59,957 bases of DNA from a virus. A program made the translations under genes and the position numbers. A model generated the notes under the pieces. It was not told where the DNA came from, did no database searches, and was given only the letters and a program-made list of their open reading frames with translations. Below, piece after piece: positions 26,178-35,649 of this stretch. How positions within the stretch are numbered: the stretch's first letter is position 1; every line of letters starts with the position of its first letter. The stretch lies in the IMG/VR virus record IMGVR_UViG_3300047160_003019, positions 1-59,957 of that record; one strand, written 5' to 3'.

Positions 26178-26534
26178 ATGGCAGTCCAAGTTGGTACTCT
26201 CTATCCTCTTGTGAGAAGCCCTGGTCTGGGTGACCACGTTGATACCTTTTTGACTGCCGCAACGTGGGTTGATGTGGCACAATTGGCGGCTAACACTGCC
26301 AACCCGTATACGCTGGCAGTAGGGGCTAATGTATTCCGTGTGATCTCCAGTGTTTTCCCGACCTATGGTAATTTGAACGGAGCGGCAGCGATACCAGTAG
26401 CTGGAGTAACTAATGGAACGGCTTCGTTCATTATTCCTGCATCCGGTTTATATATGTTGAGGCCCGCGGGTTTAAGTGTTCTCAGCCTAATCTGTGCTAG
26501 CGCGGCTTTCGTAACTATTGAGGCGTGGAACTAG
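26178..26534 (+). CDS. small structural-module protein (118 aa)
   Basis: TAGGAG SD. Confidence 0.7.
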   Translation: MAVQVGTLYPLVRSPGLGDHVDTFLTAATWVDVAQLAANTANPYTLAVGANVFRVISSVFPTYGNLNGAAAIPVAGVTNGTASFIIPASGLYMLRPAGLSVLSLICASAAFVTIEAWN

Positions 26535-26538
26535 TACA

Positions 26539-26970
26539 ATGACTAGCCAGATCGACCCGACAGTACCGGTGTTCGGGACGCCAACAACTGCCTCGGTCCG
26601 TAATAATTTTTTGATTGCGAAGCGAGAGATTGAGGCGATCCAGGGACTCATTGGAGGGACTCCCTCCGGTAGTTTTGGGCCCCCTATCATAGTTTCGGGT
26701 TCTGGTCCGATTGCGTTGCCGTCGAGTGCAAACTACTTCGTTTTTGTGGGTAACACTACAGGCGGTCCGATAAGCTCAGCACTCCCAGCTGCTGGCCTTG
26801 TGTTGGGACAACAGATCATCATAAAAGATACCCTCGGAAACGCTGGGACTTTCAACATTACGGTGACTGCTTCGGCTGGGATTGATGGTTTCCCCACATA
26901 CGTTCTGGTAGCCAACTATATGTCAGTGTCACTGGTGTGGATGGGAGGAAGTGGGTGGGGCACCTTCTGA
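26539..26970 (+). CDS. small fibre-like paralogue 3 (143 aa)
   Basis: The N-terminus IDPTVPVFGTPTTASVRNNFLIAKREIEAIQ is typical of phage fibre N-termini, from memory. Also carries LPAAGLVLGQQIIIKDTLGNAGTFNITV. Confidence 0.7.
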   Translation: MTSQIDPTVPVFGTPTTASVRNNFLIAKREIEAIQGLIGGTPSGSFGPPIIVSGSGPIALPSSANYFVFVGNTTGGPISSALPAAGLVLGQQIIIKDTLGNAGTFNITVTASAGIDGFPTYVLVANYMSVSLVWMGGSGWGTF

Positions 26971-26992
26971 TGAGCGACTGAAAGGAGCGAAT

Positions 26993-27142
26993 ATGGCCAG
27001 TAACGGAAACAAGGTCCGGGCTGGAGTCCATGCCCACGAAGATAAGATGCACCCTGGGAAGCCCAAAACTAAGATGCCCCCGTCCGTGATGCGGAACGGA
27101 AAGAACAGTAAGAAGGGCAACAAGGGCAAGGGCAACTACTGA
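26993..27142 (+). CDS. small very basic protein (49 aa)
   Basis: ATG directly after the conserved cassette GAGCGACTGAAAGGAGCGAAT. Confidence 0.55.
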   Translation: MASNGNKVRAGVHAHEDKMHPGKPKTKMPPSVMRNGKNSKKGNKGKGNY

Positions 27143-28671
27143 TGCGACTGCCACTGGTCGGTGGCTCATACACAACTCGCAGTATAATTGCGTCCGCCCA
27201 GCGGTGTATCAACTACTATAGTGAGGTCAACCCAAGGGGGAACATCGTACCAACTACTCATTACCAGAGGCCCGGTCTCGGGATGCTCAAGCAGATTGGT
27301 CCTGGGCCAATCCGTGGACTGTTTAGGGCATCTGACGAGACTGGATACTGCGTGAGTGGGAACCAGTGGATTAAGATCGAGGATGACTTCACACCAACAC
27401 TTCTCGGGCCGATTAATACCAACAGTGGCCCCGTCTCAATGGCTGACAACGGTAGTATGTTGGTACTGGGAGATGGGTCTGAGAAGGGTTACCAAACTAC
27501 CCTCGGCCAATCTGATTTCGGAGAGATAAACGACCCGACAGGCTCATTTACAGGGACTACTCATTGGGCATACATTGACACGTATTTGCTGTGGGCCATT
27601 CCAGACAGTGTTTTCTTCGGTTCTACGTTGTCGGACCAACTAGCGTTTGATACCTCATTCTTTGCTGGGAAGGTTTCGTATCCAGACAATCTGAAATCAC
27701 TGTTCATTAATAGGCGAGAGATATTCCTGCTGGGAGATGTTAAGTCCGAAGTCTGGTACAACTCTGGTGGAACGTCTCAAACACCCTTTGCGTTCTCTCA
27801 GCTGCCGGGAACGTACATTGAGAACGGAATTGCGGCACCATACTCGATAGCCAGTCATGACATAACGGTATTCTGGCTGTCTCGCAACTTGCAGGGAGAG
27901 GGGGTGGTGTTATCGTTCCGGGGGTACTTTGCCAGCCGGATTTCGAACCATGCACTGGAGGATGCGATCCGGAAGATGCAGAAGACAGTGGGAATAAGTG
28001 ATGCGTTAGGGTTCACTTATCAGTTGGATGGGCATCTGTTCTATATGTTGGTGTTTCCGAGAGGCAACCAGACATGGGTCTATGATGCAACACAACCAGA
28101 TCCAACGGCAGCGTGGCACCAGGAATGTTGGACTCATCCTACTCGCGGGACTCTCGATCGTAGTCGTATTAATTGCATGTCTTTTATAAACGGAAAGCTG
28201 GTGGCTGGGGACTGGGAGAACAATACGATCTATGAACTGGACATGGATCGGTACACAGATCAGGTCATCGCGGACAAGGAGACTAATACATTCGAGGAAT
28301 GTCCGATAGTTTGTGTTAGAGCGTTCCCGCACATTGGCGCTGCCCGGATGGCTGGTGGGCAGGGACTTACAGAGATTGATGGGCGTCGTATACAGTTTGC
28401 TGCCTTCCGCGCCGACATGGAATGCGGTATGGGTCCGGTGGACTCAAATGGGAGACCAGCCCAAGTCAGTTTGAGATGGAGTGATGATAGGGGGCGGACA
28501 TTCGGTAACGCACTGTTGCAGACAACCGGGATGCCTGGTGAGTACCTGACACAACCGCAGTGGTTAGGGATGGGAGTGGCCCGAGACCGCATATTCGAGT
28601 TGAGTCACAACATAGCTGGACCTGCTGCACTCAACGGTGCATGGGTTGATGCAGAGGTCTTGGGCACTTAG
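27142..28671 (+). CDS. tail hub / DNA-stabilisation protein candidate (gp10-like, 509 aa)
   Basis: The start overlaps the upstream TGA. The N-terminus LVGGSYTTRSIIASAQRCINYYSE...YQRPGL fits the pattern of podoviral hub proteins, from memory. Confidence 0.65.
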   Translation: MRLPLVGGSYTTRSIIASAQRCINYYSEVNPRGNIVPTTHYQRPGLGMLKQIGPGPIRGLFRASDETGYCVSGNQWIKIEDDFTPTLLGPINTNSGPVSMADNGSMLVLGDGSEKGYQTTLGQSDFGEINDPTGSFTGTTHWAYIDTYLLWAIPDSVFFGSTLSDQLAFDTSFFAGKVSYPDNLKSLFINRREIFLLGDVKSEVWYNSGGTSQTPFAFSQLPGTYIENGIAAPYSIASHDITVFWLSRNLQGEGVVLSFRGYFASRISNHALEDAIRKMQKTVGISDALGFTYQLDGHLFYMLVFPRGNQTWVYDATQPDPTAAWHQECWTHPTRGTLDRSRINCMSFINGKLVAGDWENNTIYELDMDRYTDQVIADKETNTFEECPIVCVRAFPHIGAARMAGGQGLTEIDGRRIQFAAFRADMECGMGPVDSNGRPAQVSLRWSDDRGRTFGNALLQTTGMPGEYLTQPQWLGMGVARDRIFELSHNIAGPAALNGAWVDAEVLGT

Positions 28672-29940
28672 ATGGTAAAAGCGGTAGCCAGGAGGAATGG
28701 AGCCGGACCGTTGACGGTCCGGCTCATGGCTGTGCCTCCGGGGACAGGTCCGTTCCCAAGTCCTGGCAACCAGCCTGACTGGGATACCGTACCGTCCTAC
28801 AATGCACCCATTATGAATGTAGACAATGGGTCGATAGGTATCCCCTGGAACAGTTTGCTCAATTTCATTTCGTCGCGGGCTGCATTCATCCAACAGCTTA
28901 ATCAAGACGTAGTAGTCCTGCAAGGACAGGTCTCCACTATCCAAGCCCAAATCGCGACCATCAACTCCGATATTGCTACCCTCAAAGGACAGGTAACGGT
29001 ACTGCAAGGGCAGGTTGCAGCTTTACAGGCGCAGGTCGCAACCCTCCAGACGCAAGTAGCTACCATCCAAGCACAAATTGCAGTCATCCAAGATCAGATT
29101 TCGTCTTTGCAATCCAGTCTTGCTGCTGAGATAATCGCGCGGACCAAGGCTGATGTTACGTTACAGGATAATATTGATGCTGAGGCGAATGCACGGGCAA
29201 AGGCTGATGCACTGTTGGCACCGATTGACTCGCCTCATTTCGTGGGTAATCCGACAGCACCAACACTTCCAGTAGCTGACAACACAGATAGCCTTGCTAC
29301 TACCGCGTTTGTCCATTCAGCTGGCGTGGTTGGTCCACCAGGACCAACAGGCGCAACGGGTCCGACCGGTGCAACCGGGGCAACCGGACCGACCGGCGCA
29401 ACCGGTCCGACTGGAGCAACCGGCGTTACCGGCGCAACCGGGCCGGTCGGAGCCACTGGACCCACCGGAGCCACCGGTCCTATAGGAGCTACCGGACCTG
29501 TAGGACCGGTGCCTGCTGTCAATCTGCAAGTCAATCTGAATACGGCTCAGAGCCTGACCAGTGGTGTCTACGCGACGATCCTATTTGATACGGTCCAGAT
29601 TGATAACACGTCAGCATACAGTACAAGTACGGGGCGGTTTACCCCACTGACTGCTGGTACGTATTTGGTTTCGGCTACGGTCGATGTCTCGGCCAGTCCT
29701 TGGACCGCTGGTAACTCGTTAACAATCGCAATGCAAAAGAACAGTGGGACTGTGAATATTGGTCTCCCAGTTCAGTATACAGCTGCTGTTAACGGTACTT
29801 TCACAATCGCCTCAGTTGGGATTTTTACAATGAACGGGACCACCGATTACATATCGGTGGCGGTATCGGCAACCGGAACGTCCCCAGTGGTGGTTGGGTC
29901 GCATGAAACGTCTCTCACTATACACAGGGTTAGTGCATGA
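28672..29940 (+). CDS. tail fibre with a heptad coiled coil, a collagen-like G-X-T region and a C-terminal globular domain (422 aa)
   Basis: About 9 heptads ([15 protein letters not shown]...). The fibre motif [28 protein letters not shown]. 59 uninterrupted Gly-X-Y triplets. Confidence 0.9.
   Translation: MVKAVARRNGAGPLTVRLMAVPPGTGPFPSPGNQPDWDTVPSYNAPIMNVDNGSIGIPWNSLLNFISSRAAFIQQLNQDVVVLQGQVSTIQAQIATINSDIATLKGQVTVLQGQVAALQAQVATLQTQVATIQAQIAVIQDQISSLQSSLAAEIIARTKADVTLQDNIDAEANARAKADALLAPIDSPHFVGNPTAPTLPVADNTDSLATTAFVHSAGVVGPPGPTGATGPTGATGATGPTGATGPTGATGVTGATGPVGATGPTGATGPIGATGPVGPVPAVNLQVNLNTAQSLTSGVYATILFDTVQIDNTSAYSTSTGRFTPLTAGTYLVSATVDVSASPWTAGNSLTIAMQKNSGTVNIGLPVQYTAAVNGTFTIASVGIFTMNGTTDYISVAVSATGTSPVVVGSHETSLTIHRVSA
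28909..29121 (+). repeat. 21-nt (heptad) periodic coding repeat
   Basis: Repeated QxQ(V/I)AT(I/L) units. Confidence 0.8.
29332..29508 (+). repeat. 9-nt periodic collagen-like coding repeat (GGN-CCN/GCN-ACN)
   Basis: [25 protein letters not shown]...GPVGP. Confidence 0.9.
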
Positions 29941-30527
29941 GTTTCATAGTATACTGTCTGCCGAGGAGCCGGTCGGCTTGGTTAGCATACTATCTGAACT
30001 ATCCGTTTGCGGTCCCGCTCCAGCCAGTGGGACATGATGTGGCCCCGCTGTGCAAGTCTGTTGAGGCGTTTGTTAAGGCGTACAAGGATAAGGAGTTGTT
30101 TGGGTCTGTTGAGCTGAGTGGGATGATTGGGTGGCAGGTCATCCGGCAAGAGTTGCCAGACCTGAAAGTGGTGGTAATGAGGAGGCCACTGCAAGAGGTT
30201 TACAACTCAATCACTATGCTTGGGTATGATGCCCACCTAACCAACCTGGCTGAACTCAACGAAACCCTCAATATGATTTCGGAACAGCCTGGAGTTTTCT
30301 CAATCAATTCATCTGATTTGGATGCACCGGTGACGGGGAAGTGGCTATTTGAGTATTTGCTCGAACAAGAGTTCGATTTCGACTGGTGGAATAGCATGAT
30401 ACAGACCAATATTCAGGTTAACATGAAAGAGGCTATAGCAGTCAAAGATGAGACTGATGCCAGGTACGCACTCTATCATAAAGATGTGTTAGAGAGAATG
30501 AAGAACATCAAGAGTGTCCTTCATTGA
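29937..30527 (+). CDS. sulfotransferase-fold-like protein (196 aa)
   Basis: ATGA overlap with the upstream gene. The N-terminal [10 protein letters not shown] resembles the 5'-PSB loop and [13 protein letters not shown] the 3'-PB motif. This is a motif-level call only. Confidence 0.45.
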   Translation: MSFIVYCLPRSRSAWLAYYLNYPFAVPLQPVGHDVAPLCKSVEAFVKAYKDKELFGSVELSGMIGWQVIRQELPDLKVVVMRRPLQEVYNSITMLGYDAHLTNLAELNETLNMISEQPGVFSINSSDLDAPVTGKWLFEYLLEQEFDFDWWNSMIQTNIQVNMKEAIAVKDETDARYALYHKDVLERMKNIKSVLH

Positions 30528-30979
30528 GCCTCGAAATCAAATTCGAGTCCATTCGGGAGAGTTGGCAAGACTTCGAGAGGCTTGCTCTGCAAGAGCAAGC
30601 CGAGATTAGTGAACAGAGACCGTTCCGGCCTGACTGGGAAAGTATGCAGGCTTTGAATGAAAAGGGCATATTCCAGGTACTGGTGGCAAGGATTGACGGC
30701 AATGTGGTCGGATACTTTACATGGTTATTGGACTTTGATCTGGAGAGCAAGGGTACATTGATTGCAAACCAGTTGGCTTGGTACGTAGAACCTGGGCACC
30801 CTATCATCGCGGTAAGGATGCTGGACAGGGCTATTGAAGAACTGAAGAAAATTGGATGTGAGTTTGTTTACTTTCACCATACCGTTCATGGACGGGGTGC
30901 CAGTCTAGGACGCCTGTTTGAACGGAAGGGTGCTGAGCTTCTTGGATATAACTATGTCCTGAAGCTCAAGGGAGAATAA
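30524..30979 (+). CDS. GNAT-family N-acetyltransferase-like protein (151 aa, TTG start)
   Basis: Size and pattern (VGYFTWLL...QLAWYVEPGHPIIAVRMLDRAIEELKKIGCEFVYF) fit the acetyl-CoA-binding core. Confidence 0.55.
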   Translation: MSLEIKFESIRESWQDFERLALQEQAEISEQRPFRPDWESMQALNEKGIFQVLVARIDGNVVGYFTWLLDFDLESKGTLIANQLAWYVEPGHPIIAVRMLDRAIEELKKIGCEFVYFHHTVHGRGASLGRLFERKGAELLGYNYVLKLKGE

Positions 30980-30982
30980 GAG

Positions 30983-32047
30983 ATGGGACTCGGACCGTTT
31001 ATCCTTGGCGCGGCTGGTATTCAGGGTGCCACGTCATTGGCTGGTGGCAAGAAGGGTGCCAGTGCAGCTACCGACGCAGCATCAATCCAAGCCCAATCGG
31101 CGATGGCTGCGTTGGCTGAACAGAAAGCGGTACGGGATCAGAACGTAAATCTTTTGAGTCCGTTTGTGAACTATGGTACTGGAGGCATCCCGGCTCTGAC
31201 TTCGACTGTCGACGCGTTCGCTGGGCAGCCTATCGACACGTCGCTTCCACAGTTCACTCAAGCCGCGCCTCAGTTTGCTGGGCTACCACCGTTCACACTC
31301 CAAGCACCAACCGTGCCAGATGTAGCAGCACTGAAACAGACTCCAGGCTACCAGTTTGTCTTCGATCAGGCGTTGAAGGGTGCCCAATCACAGATCGCTG
31401 CGTCTGGTAGGGGACGGGGTGGGCCAGCGATCCAGACCGCTAACTATACAGCTGGTGGGATCGCAGCGTCTACGTGGCCACAAGTCTACAATGCAATGTT
31501 ACAACAGTTTGGGGCCGGGGTAACAGGCTACCAGACCGGTAATCAAGCAACACTCCAAGATTTCGGTGCGCGGACTACCGGATACCAGACCGCACGGGAC
31601 ACATTCCTATCCAATACACAGAACCTGCTGGCTAGCAAGACTCTAAACCTCAATCAGCGTCAACAGATACTGGCAGCACTCCAACAGCGGGTTGGAACTG
31701 GACTGACGGCTGGTGGTGCGCTGGCTGGGGCCAACTTGCAGTATGCCAATGCGGCTGGTAACTACCTAACCGGTGCTGGTGCAGCCACTGCTTCTGGTAT
31801 AGTGGGGTCTACTAATGCATTGACTGCTGGACTGACCGGAGTTGGGAATGCTGCCACAGGTGGGGTTGGGCAGTATTTGGGCTACAACCTGGCTCAGCAA
31901 TACCTGAGTAATCAAGGGAATAGTTTGTCTAATCCGTATGCGTTTGCGGGTGGGCCTGGTGGAGTCGTCCCGTCTGGAGCTGATGCTGGTGGGTTCTATT
32001 ATCCGAACGTGAACCCAACTGGGACGGGGCCAGTAGCAAGTGTGTAA
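30983..32047 (+). CDS. internal virion / ejection-type protein (354 aa)
   Basis: Gly/Ala/Gln-rich, positioned after the fibre genes. Confidence 0.65.
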   Translation: MGLGPFILGAAGIQGATSLAGGKKGASAATDAASIQAQSAMAALAEQKAVRDQNVNLLSPFVNYGTGGIPALTSTVDAFAGQPIDTSLPQFTQAAPQFAGLPPFTLQAPTVPDVAALKQTPGYQFVFDQALKGAQSQIAASGRGRGGPAIQTANYTAGGIAASTWPQVYNAMLQQFGAGVTGYQTGNQATLQDFGARTTGYQTARDTFLSNTQNLLASKTLNLNQRQQILAALQQRVGTGLTAGGALAGANLQYANAAGNYLTGAGAATASGIVGSTNALTAGLTGVGNAATGGVGQYLGYNLAQQYLSNQGNSLSNPYAFAGGPGGVVPSGADAGGFYYPNVNPTGTGPVASV

Positions 32048-32061
32048 TGGGAAGGTGAGTT

Positions 32062-32721
32062 ATGCAGGGCAATGGGCTTATGCCTGGTATGGGTGACCCT
32101 GGTGGGTCACCTACACCACCCACGGATCAAGGTCCGAGAGTGACTGGTGTTGCACCGGGGGCGGGTGCGTCTATAGGAGCACCCCCTCCGGGTCCAGGTC
32201 CAAGCGGACCTGGAGCAGGTCCTGGACCTGTACCTCCATCGAAACAGGGGCAACCGTTTGCGGATGTCCACCAGAACCTGAAGTATATTAGTAACCAGTA
32301 TAATCAGAATATGAAGGCACAGCAGGTACTGGATCATATCCGAGTCGAGTTGGATCAGTTAATGGAAATGGGGGATATGGTTCGGCCAGAGAACGTGATT
32401 GAGGCGGCTGGTAGACTGGTAGGTCACGGCTTGGGGGCGGCCCAGCTGGCTCAGATTATGGCTGATATGCCAGCGCAAGGTGGGGAGGGGTTGGCTAGCT
32501 GGATACGGATGCATGATGTGACCATTACTCAGGCCGAACAGCAGCTTATCCAAAGCACTAAGGTGATTGGTGGTAGGATGGGAGCGGCAGCCCTTCGGTC
32601 GCTAGCAGCAACTCACATAGAACAAAATACTGCTCCGCCTACAGCTTCACCTCCTAGTTCAGCGGGTGCAGGTGGCTCATTAGTAGGTGGTCCATTAGGA
32701 GTTCCCAATGCCAGATACTAG
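32062..32721 (+). CDS. internal virion / ejection-type protein (219 aa)
   Basis: GGAAGGTGAG SD and a Pro/Gly-rich N-terminus. Confidence 0.65.
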   Translation: MQGNGLMPGMGDPGGSPTPPTDQGPRVTGVAPGAGASIGAPPPGPGPSGPGAGPGPVPPSKQGQPFADVHQNLKYISNQYNQNMKAQQVLDHIRVELDQLMEMGDMVRPENVIEAAGRLVGHGLGAAQLAQIMADMPAQGGEGLASWIRMHDVTITQAEQQLIQSTKVIGGRMGAAALRSLAATHIEQNTAPPTASPPSSAGAGGSLVGGPLGVPNARY

Positions 32722-34684
32722 CCCTTACACTGTTGCGCTAGGGGTTAAAGGGCCAGGAGAGGTTGCTCCCCCTGGTGGGGGTGCTAACTTCCTCCAAACT
32801 GGTCTTGATTTGCTGCGTATGCAGCAACTCATGAACCAGAACACCACGTTCAATTTGCAGCTGAGAGGGAATGCTTATGCTGCTGATGTGATGGCTAATG
32901 CTAATAGTTTAGATGAAGGACTGGACACTATTGCAAAGAGTTCATGGGGGCCTTATACACTCCCCTACCAAAAGGACATGAGGGATATTATAAAGTTGAA
33001 GGCAGAAACTGAACAGGCGTATACCAAGGCGGGGGCCGAGACTCTAACAGCGCAGAACTCAGGGCTGCAAAACCTATTGCATACTATCCTGCCAAATATG
33101 TATACAGGCGTTGCAGCAGGCTACACTACTGAGCAACTAAACGACCAGTATCAGAAACTGAGGACTAGTGGGCTAGCTGTAATACCAGAGAGATTTAGAA
33201 CAGCCACTGCTTATGGGTTGGATAAGTGGTGGGAAGCCATGCATGCTGGTATTACACCAGATACTCCAGCTGACCAACAAGCCTCTATTGTCACTAAAAA
33301 CATGATAAGCTCGTTTCCAGCAGCGAATATTGGAGAAAAGGAGGCGGCAAGTCTGGTGGGGACTCCACACGAGTATGTGGGTGCAGATGGTTACAGACAC
33401 ATTGGTCTTATTCTTCCACCACAACTTGGCCGGAGGTTTGTAGAGACTGATGTCATACCTGAAGGCATCCCACCGGGTCTTAGAAGTCCAGGTCAGACTA
33501 TTGGAGGTGGTTGGGACCCAAGGACTCCACTACCGAAATATACACCAGAGGATTTGGGGCCAAGAGGGCCATTAGGTCCAGGGGGGCCAATGGGACCGTC
33601 TGGCGAGGGATCGGGTGGGTCATTAGCGCCAGGAGGTGCAATGGATCTTTCTGCTGGAGGGTCAGGAGGGTCAACAAACCCGTTGATGCCTCCAACGATA
33701 TTGCCTGGTTACCGCAATCCGAATGCTATCCCACCAGTACCTACACCAGCAGTGCCAACACTACCGCCAGCTCCTAAGCCACCTATGGAGTTTAGTTACG
33801 CAGGTGACGAGAGGCCAATGTATAATCCGAGTGCTGCTATTAGACCGTTCTTGCCTGGACACTATGATGTGCAAGGGGCATGGAATTTTGATAAAGCTGC
33901 GCAAAAACAAGTCGATGACGCACAAGAAGCTTTTGTTAAAGGGGCAGAGTCAGCTGAGGCGGCACAAAACACTAAGGCCGAAGTTCATTATATGAACTCA
34001 GAGTTCGATCACCTTAAAGGTACTGTGCTGGTGCCAGGGTATGCTGGTGAAATAAGGACGCGGCTGTCAATGGCCTACAACACTGCATTGGATTGGCTCA
34101 AGACGCAAGATCCTACATTCGATCCAGCACAGTACAAGGTTAGTGAGCAATCAACTGCGGCGGCTCAGGGTATTCTCAAGTCAGCCATCCGGCTCGGTTA
34201 CAGTTACACCAAGTTGTCGTTTGGGGCGCAACGCGAGGCGGCTCAGACTATCAATACGTCACTCAAGGCTGTACCGGGGCTTGAGAACTCGTATTATGCT
34301 GGTAAGCTGCTGTTGTCTATGGTTGAGTCTGGGGCTGATAGGGAGCTGGATCTTCGCAACTTCCAGAATGTATGGCAAGCTGATCCTGCTAATCACGGGA
34401 GCTTGGCAGGCTCGGTTGATGAGTTCAATAGGCAACACCCAGCTACGGGTTATGCCGAGAAGGTACTCAGAAGGTTTGGCCTTGATGAACAGGGCTTCAC
34501 TAACGGAGCCGCTATAAACAAGGCACATGCTGATGGGCTCATTGATGCTCCTACAGCAGAAGCAGCTAGGATGAAGCTGTGGGATAGGGAGCATCCGAGA
34601 CCACCCAAAGGAGCAACACCTTCAGGTGTTGCTCCTTCACCAGCTGGTACGATACCCGGTCCAGATATAGGTATACCACCATGA
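32708..34684 (+). CDS. large internal virion / ejection-type protein (658 aa)
   Basis: AGGAG SD, a central Gly/Pro low-complexity linker, and size and position. Confidence 0.65.
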   Translation: MPDTSPYTVALGVKGPGEVAPPGGGANFLQTGLDLLRMQQLMNQNTTFNLQLRGNAYAADVMANANSLDEGLDTIAKSSWGPYTLPYQKDMRDIIKLKAETEQAYTKAGAETLTAQNSGLQNLLHTILPNMYTGVAAGYTTEQLNDQYQKLRTSGLAVIPERFRTATAYGLDKWWEAMHAGITPDTPADQQASIVTKNMISSFPAANIGEKEAASLVGTPHEYVGADGYRHIGLILPPQLGRRFVETDVIPEGIPPGLRSPGQTIGGGWDPRTPLPKYTPEDLGPRGPLGPGGPMGPSGEGSGGSLAPGGAMDLSAGGSGGSTNPLMPPTILPGYRNPNAIPPVPTPAVPTLPPAPKPPMEFSYAGDERPMYNPSAAIRPFLPGHYDVQGAWNFDKAAQKQVDDAQEAFVKGAESAEAAQNTKAEVHYMNSEFDHLKGTVLVPGYAGEIRTRLSMAYNTALDWLKTQDPTFDPAQYKVSEQSTAAAQGILKSAIRLGYSYTKLSFGAQREAAQTINTSLKAVPGLENSYYAGKLLLSMVESGADRELDLRNFQNVWQADPANHGSLAGSVDEFNRQHPATGYAEKVLRRFGLDEQGFTNGAAINKAHADGLIDAPTAEAARMKLWDREHPRPPKGATPSGVAPSPAGTIPGPDIGIPP

Positions 34685-35649
34685 CACCGGAAGAAGAACA
34701 GTACGAGCAAGACCGTCAAGCCCAGCAGCAGTACTGGCATAAGTATTATGGTGGGCAGCCATCAGTGCCTGCACCTGGTGTCAAGGCTGGTGGCCCACCA
34801 GAGTCATCGGCGACAGCACCAGAGTTAAGGACTCCGGTGTTAGATGAGGAAGGGAAACCGGTTGATCAGTGGTTCCTAGGTACAGGTAGAGCAGACCCAA
34901 CTATGCGTAATATTTCTATTGGTGCGGATCGGTTCGTTAACGCTCTAGCAGTACCTTTTGCAAATATCGCTCAATCTGGTAAGAGTGCTCTACATTCATT
35001 GGCTCCAAATATGGTTGCGGACCCAACAGGGGATTGGGGGAAAGACTGGATGAACTATGCAACCTTCCCACAACTGACACCCCAAACACCTTCAGAAAGA
35101 ATTATTGCAGCAGGTGCGACCGAAGCGGGCGGAAATGTTCCTCTATCAGTCCTGACTAGAAGCTTGACACCTATGATAGCTGGTGGAGCGTTTGGTGCGG
35201 GGGCACAGGCTGCAAGAGAGTATGGTGGACCAATTGGGCAGAAAGCTGCACCGATAATAGAGGGTGTTGGGGGAGTAATATCGGCATGGCCAGTTGGAAA
35301 TATCTTCAACAGGGCAGCTGCACGGGCAGCAGGTGTATCTGAAGCAGAGTACGTTAGACGCTTGTGGCGCGGAGATCAGGGCGAGGCATGGGGGAATGTG
35401 GCTGGAAGCTTAATAGAAGCTGGAGCAGGAGCGCAATGGGGATCGCCGCGTTCGATTGCTGCTGGTTTAGGTGCTGCTGTAAGGATAGTCGCTGGTAGCG
35501 GTCATGCTATAGGTGGGGCTCTCAGATCAATTATTGATCCACGGACGTATCTGAGAGCCGGGACTGCATATTGGGGAACCGTCCCACAGATGCAGACGGA
35601 AGGGCAATGGAACTTGCCACCAGCTAGACCGGAGGCAGCTCTCCAATAG
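34681..35649 (+). CDS. internal virion / ejection-type protein (322 aa); last rightward gene
   Basis: ATGA overlap with the upstream gene. Gly/Ala-rich, with hydrophobic stretches. Confidence 0.65.
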   Translation: MTPEEEQYEQDRQAQQQYWHKYYGGQPSVPAPGVKAGGPPESSATAPELRTPVLDEEGKPVDQWFLGTGRADPTMRNISIGADRFVNALAVPFANIAQSGKSALHSLAPNMVADPTGDWGKDWMNYATFPQLTPQTPSERIIAAGATEAGGNVPLSVLTRSLTPMIAGGAFGAGAQAAREYGGPIGQKAAPIIEGVGGVISAWPVGNIFNRAAARAAGVSEAEYVRRLWRGDQGEAWGNVAGSLIEAGAGAQWGSPRSIAAGLGAAVRIVAGSGHAIGGALRSIIDPRTYLRAGTAYWGTVPQMQTEGQWNLPPARPEAALQ

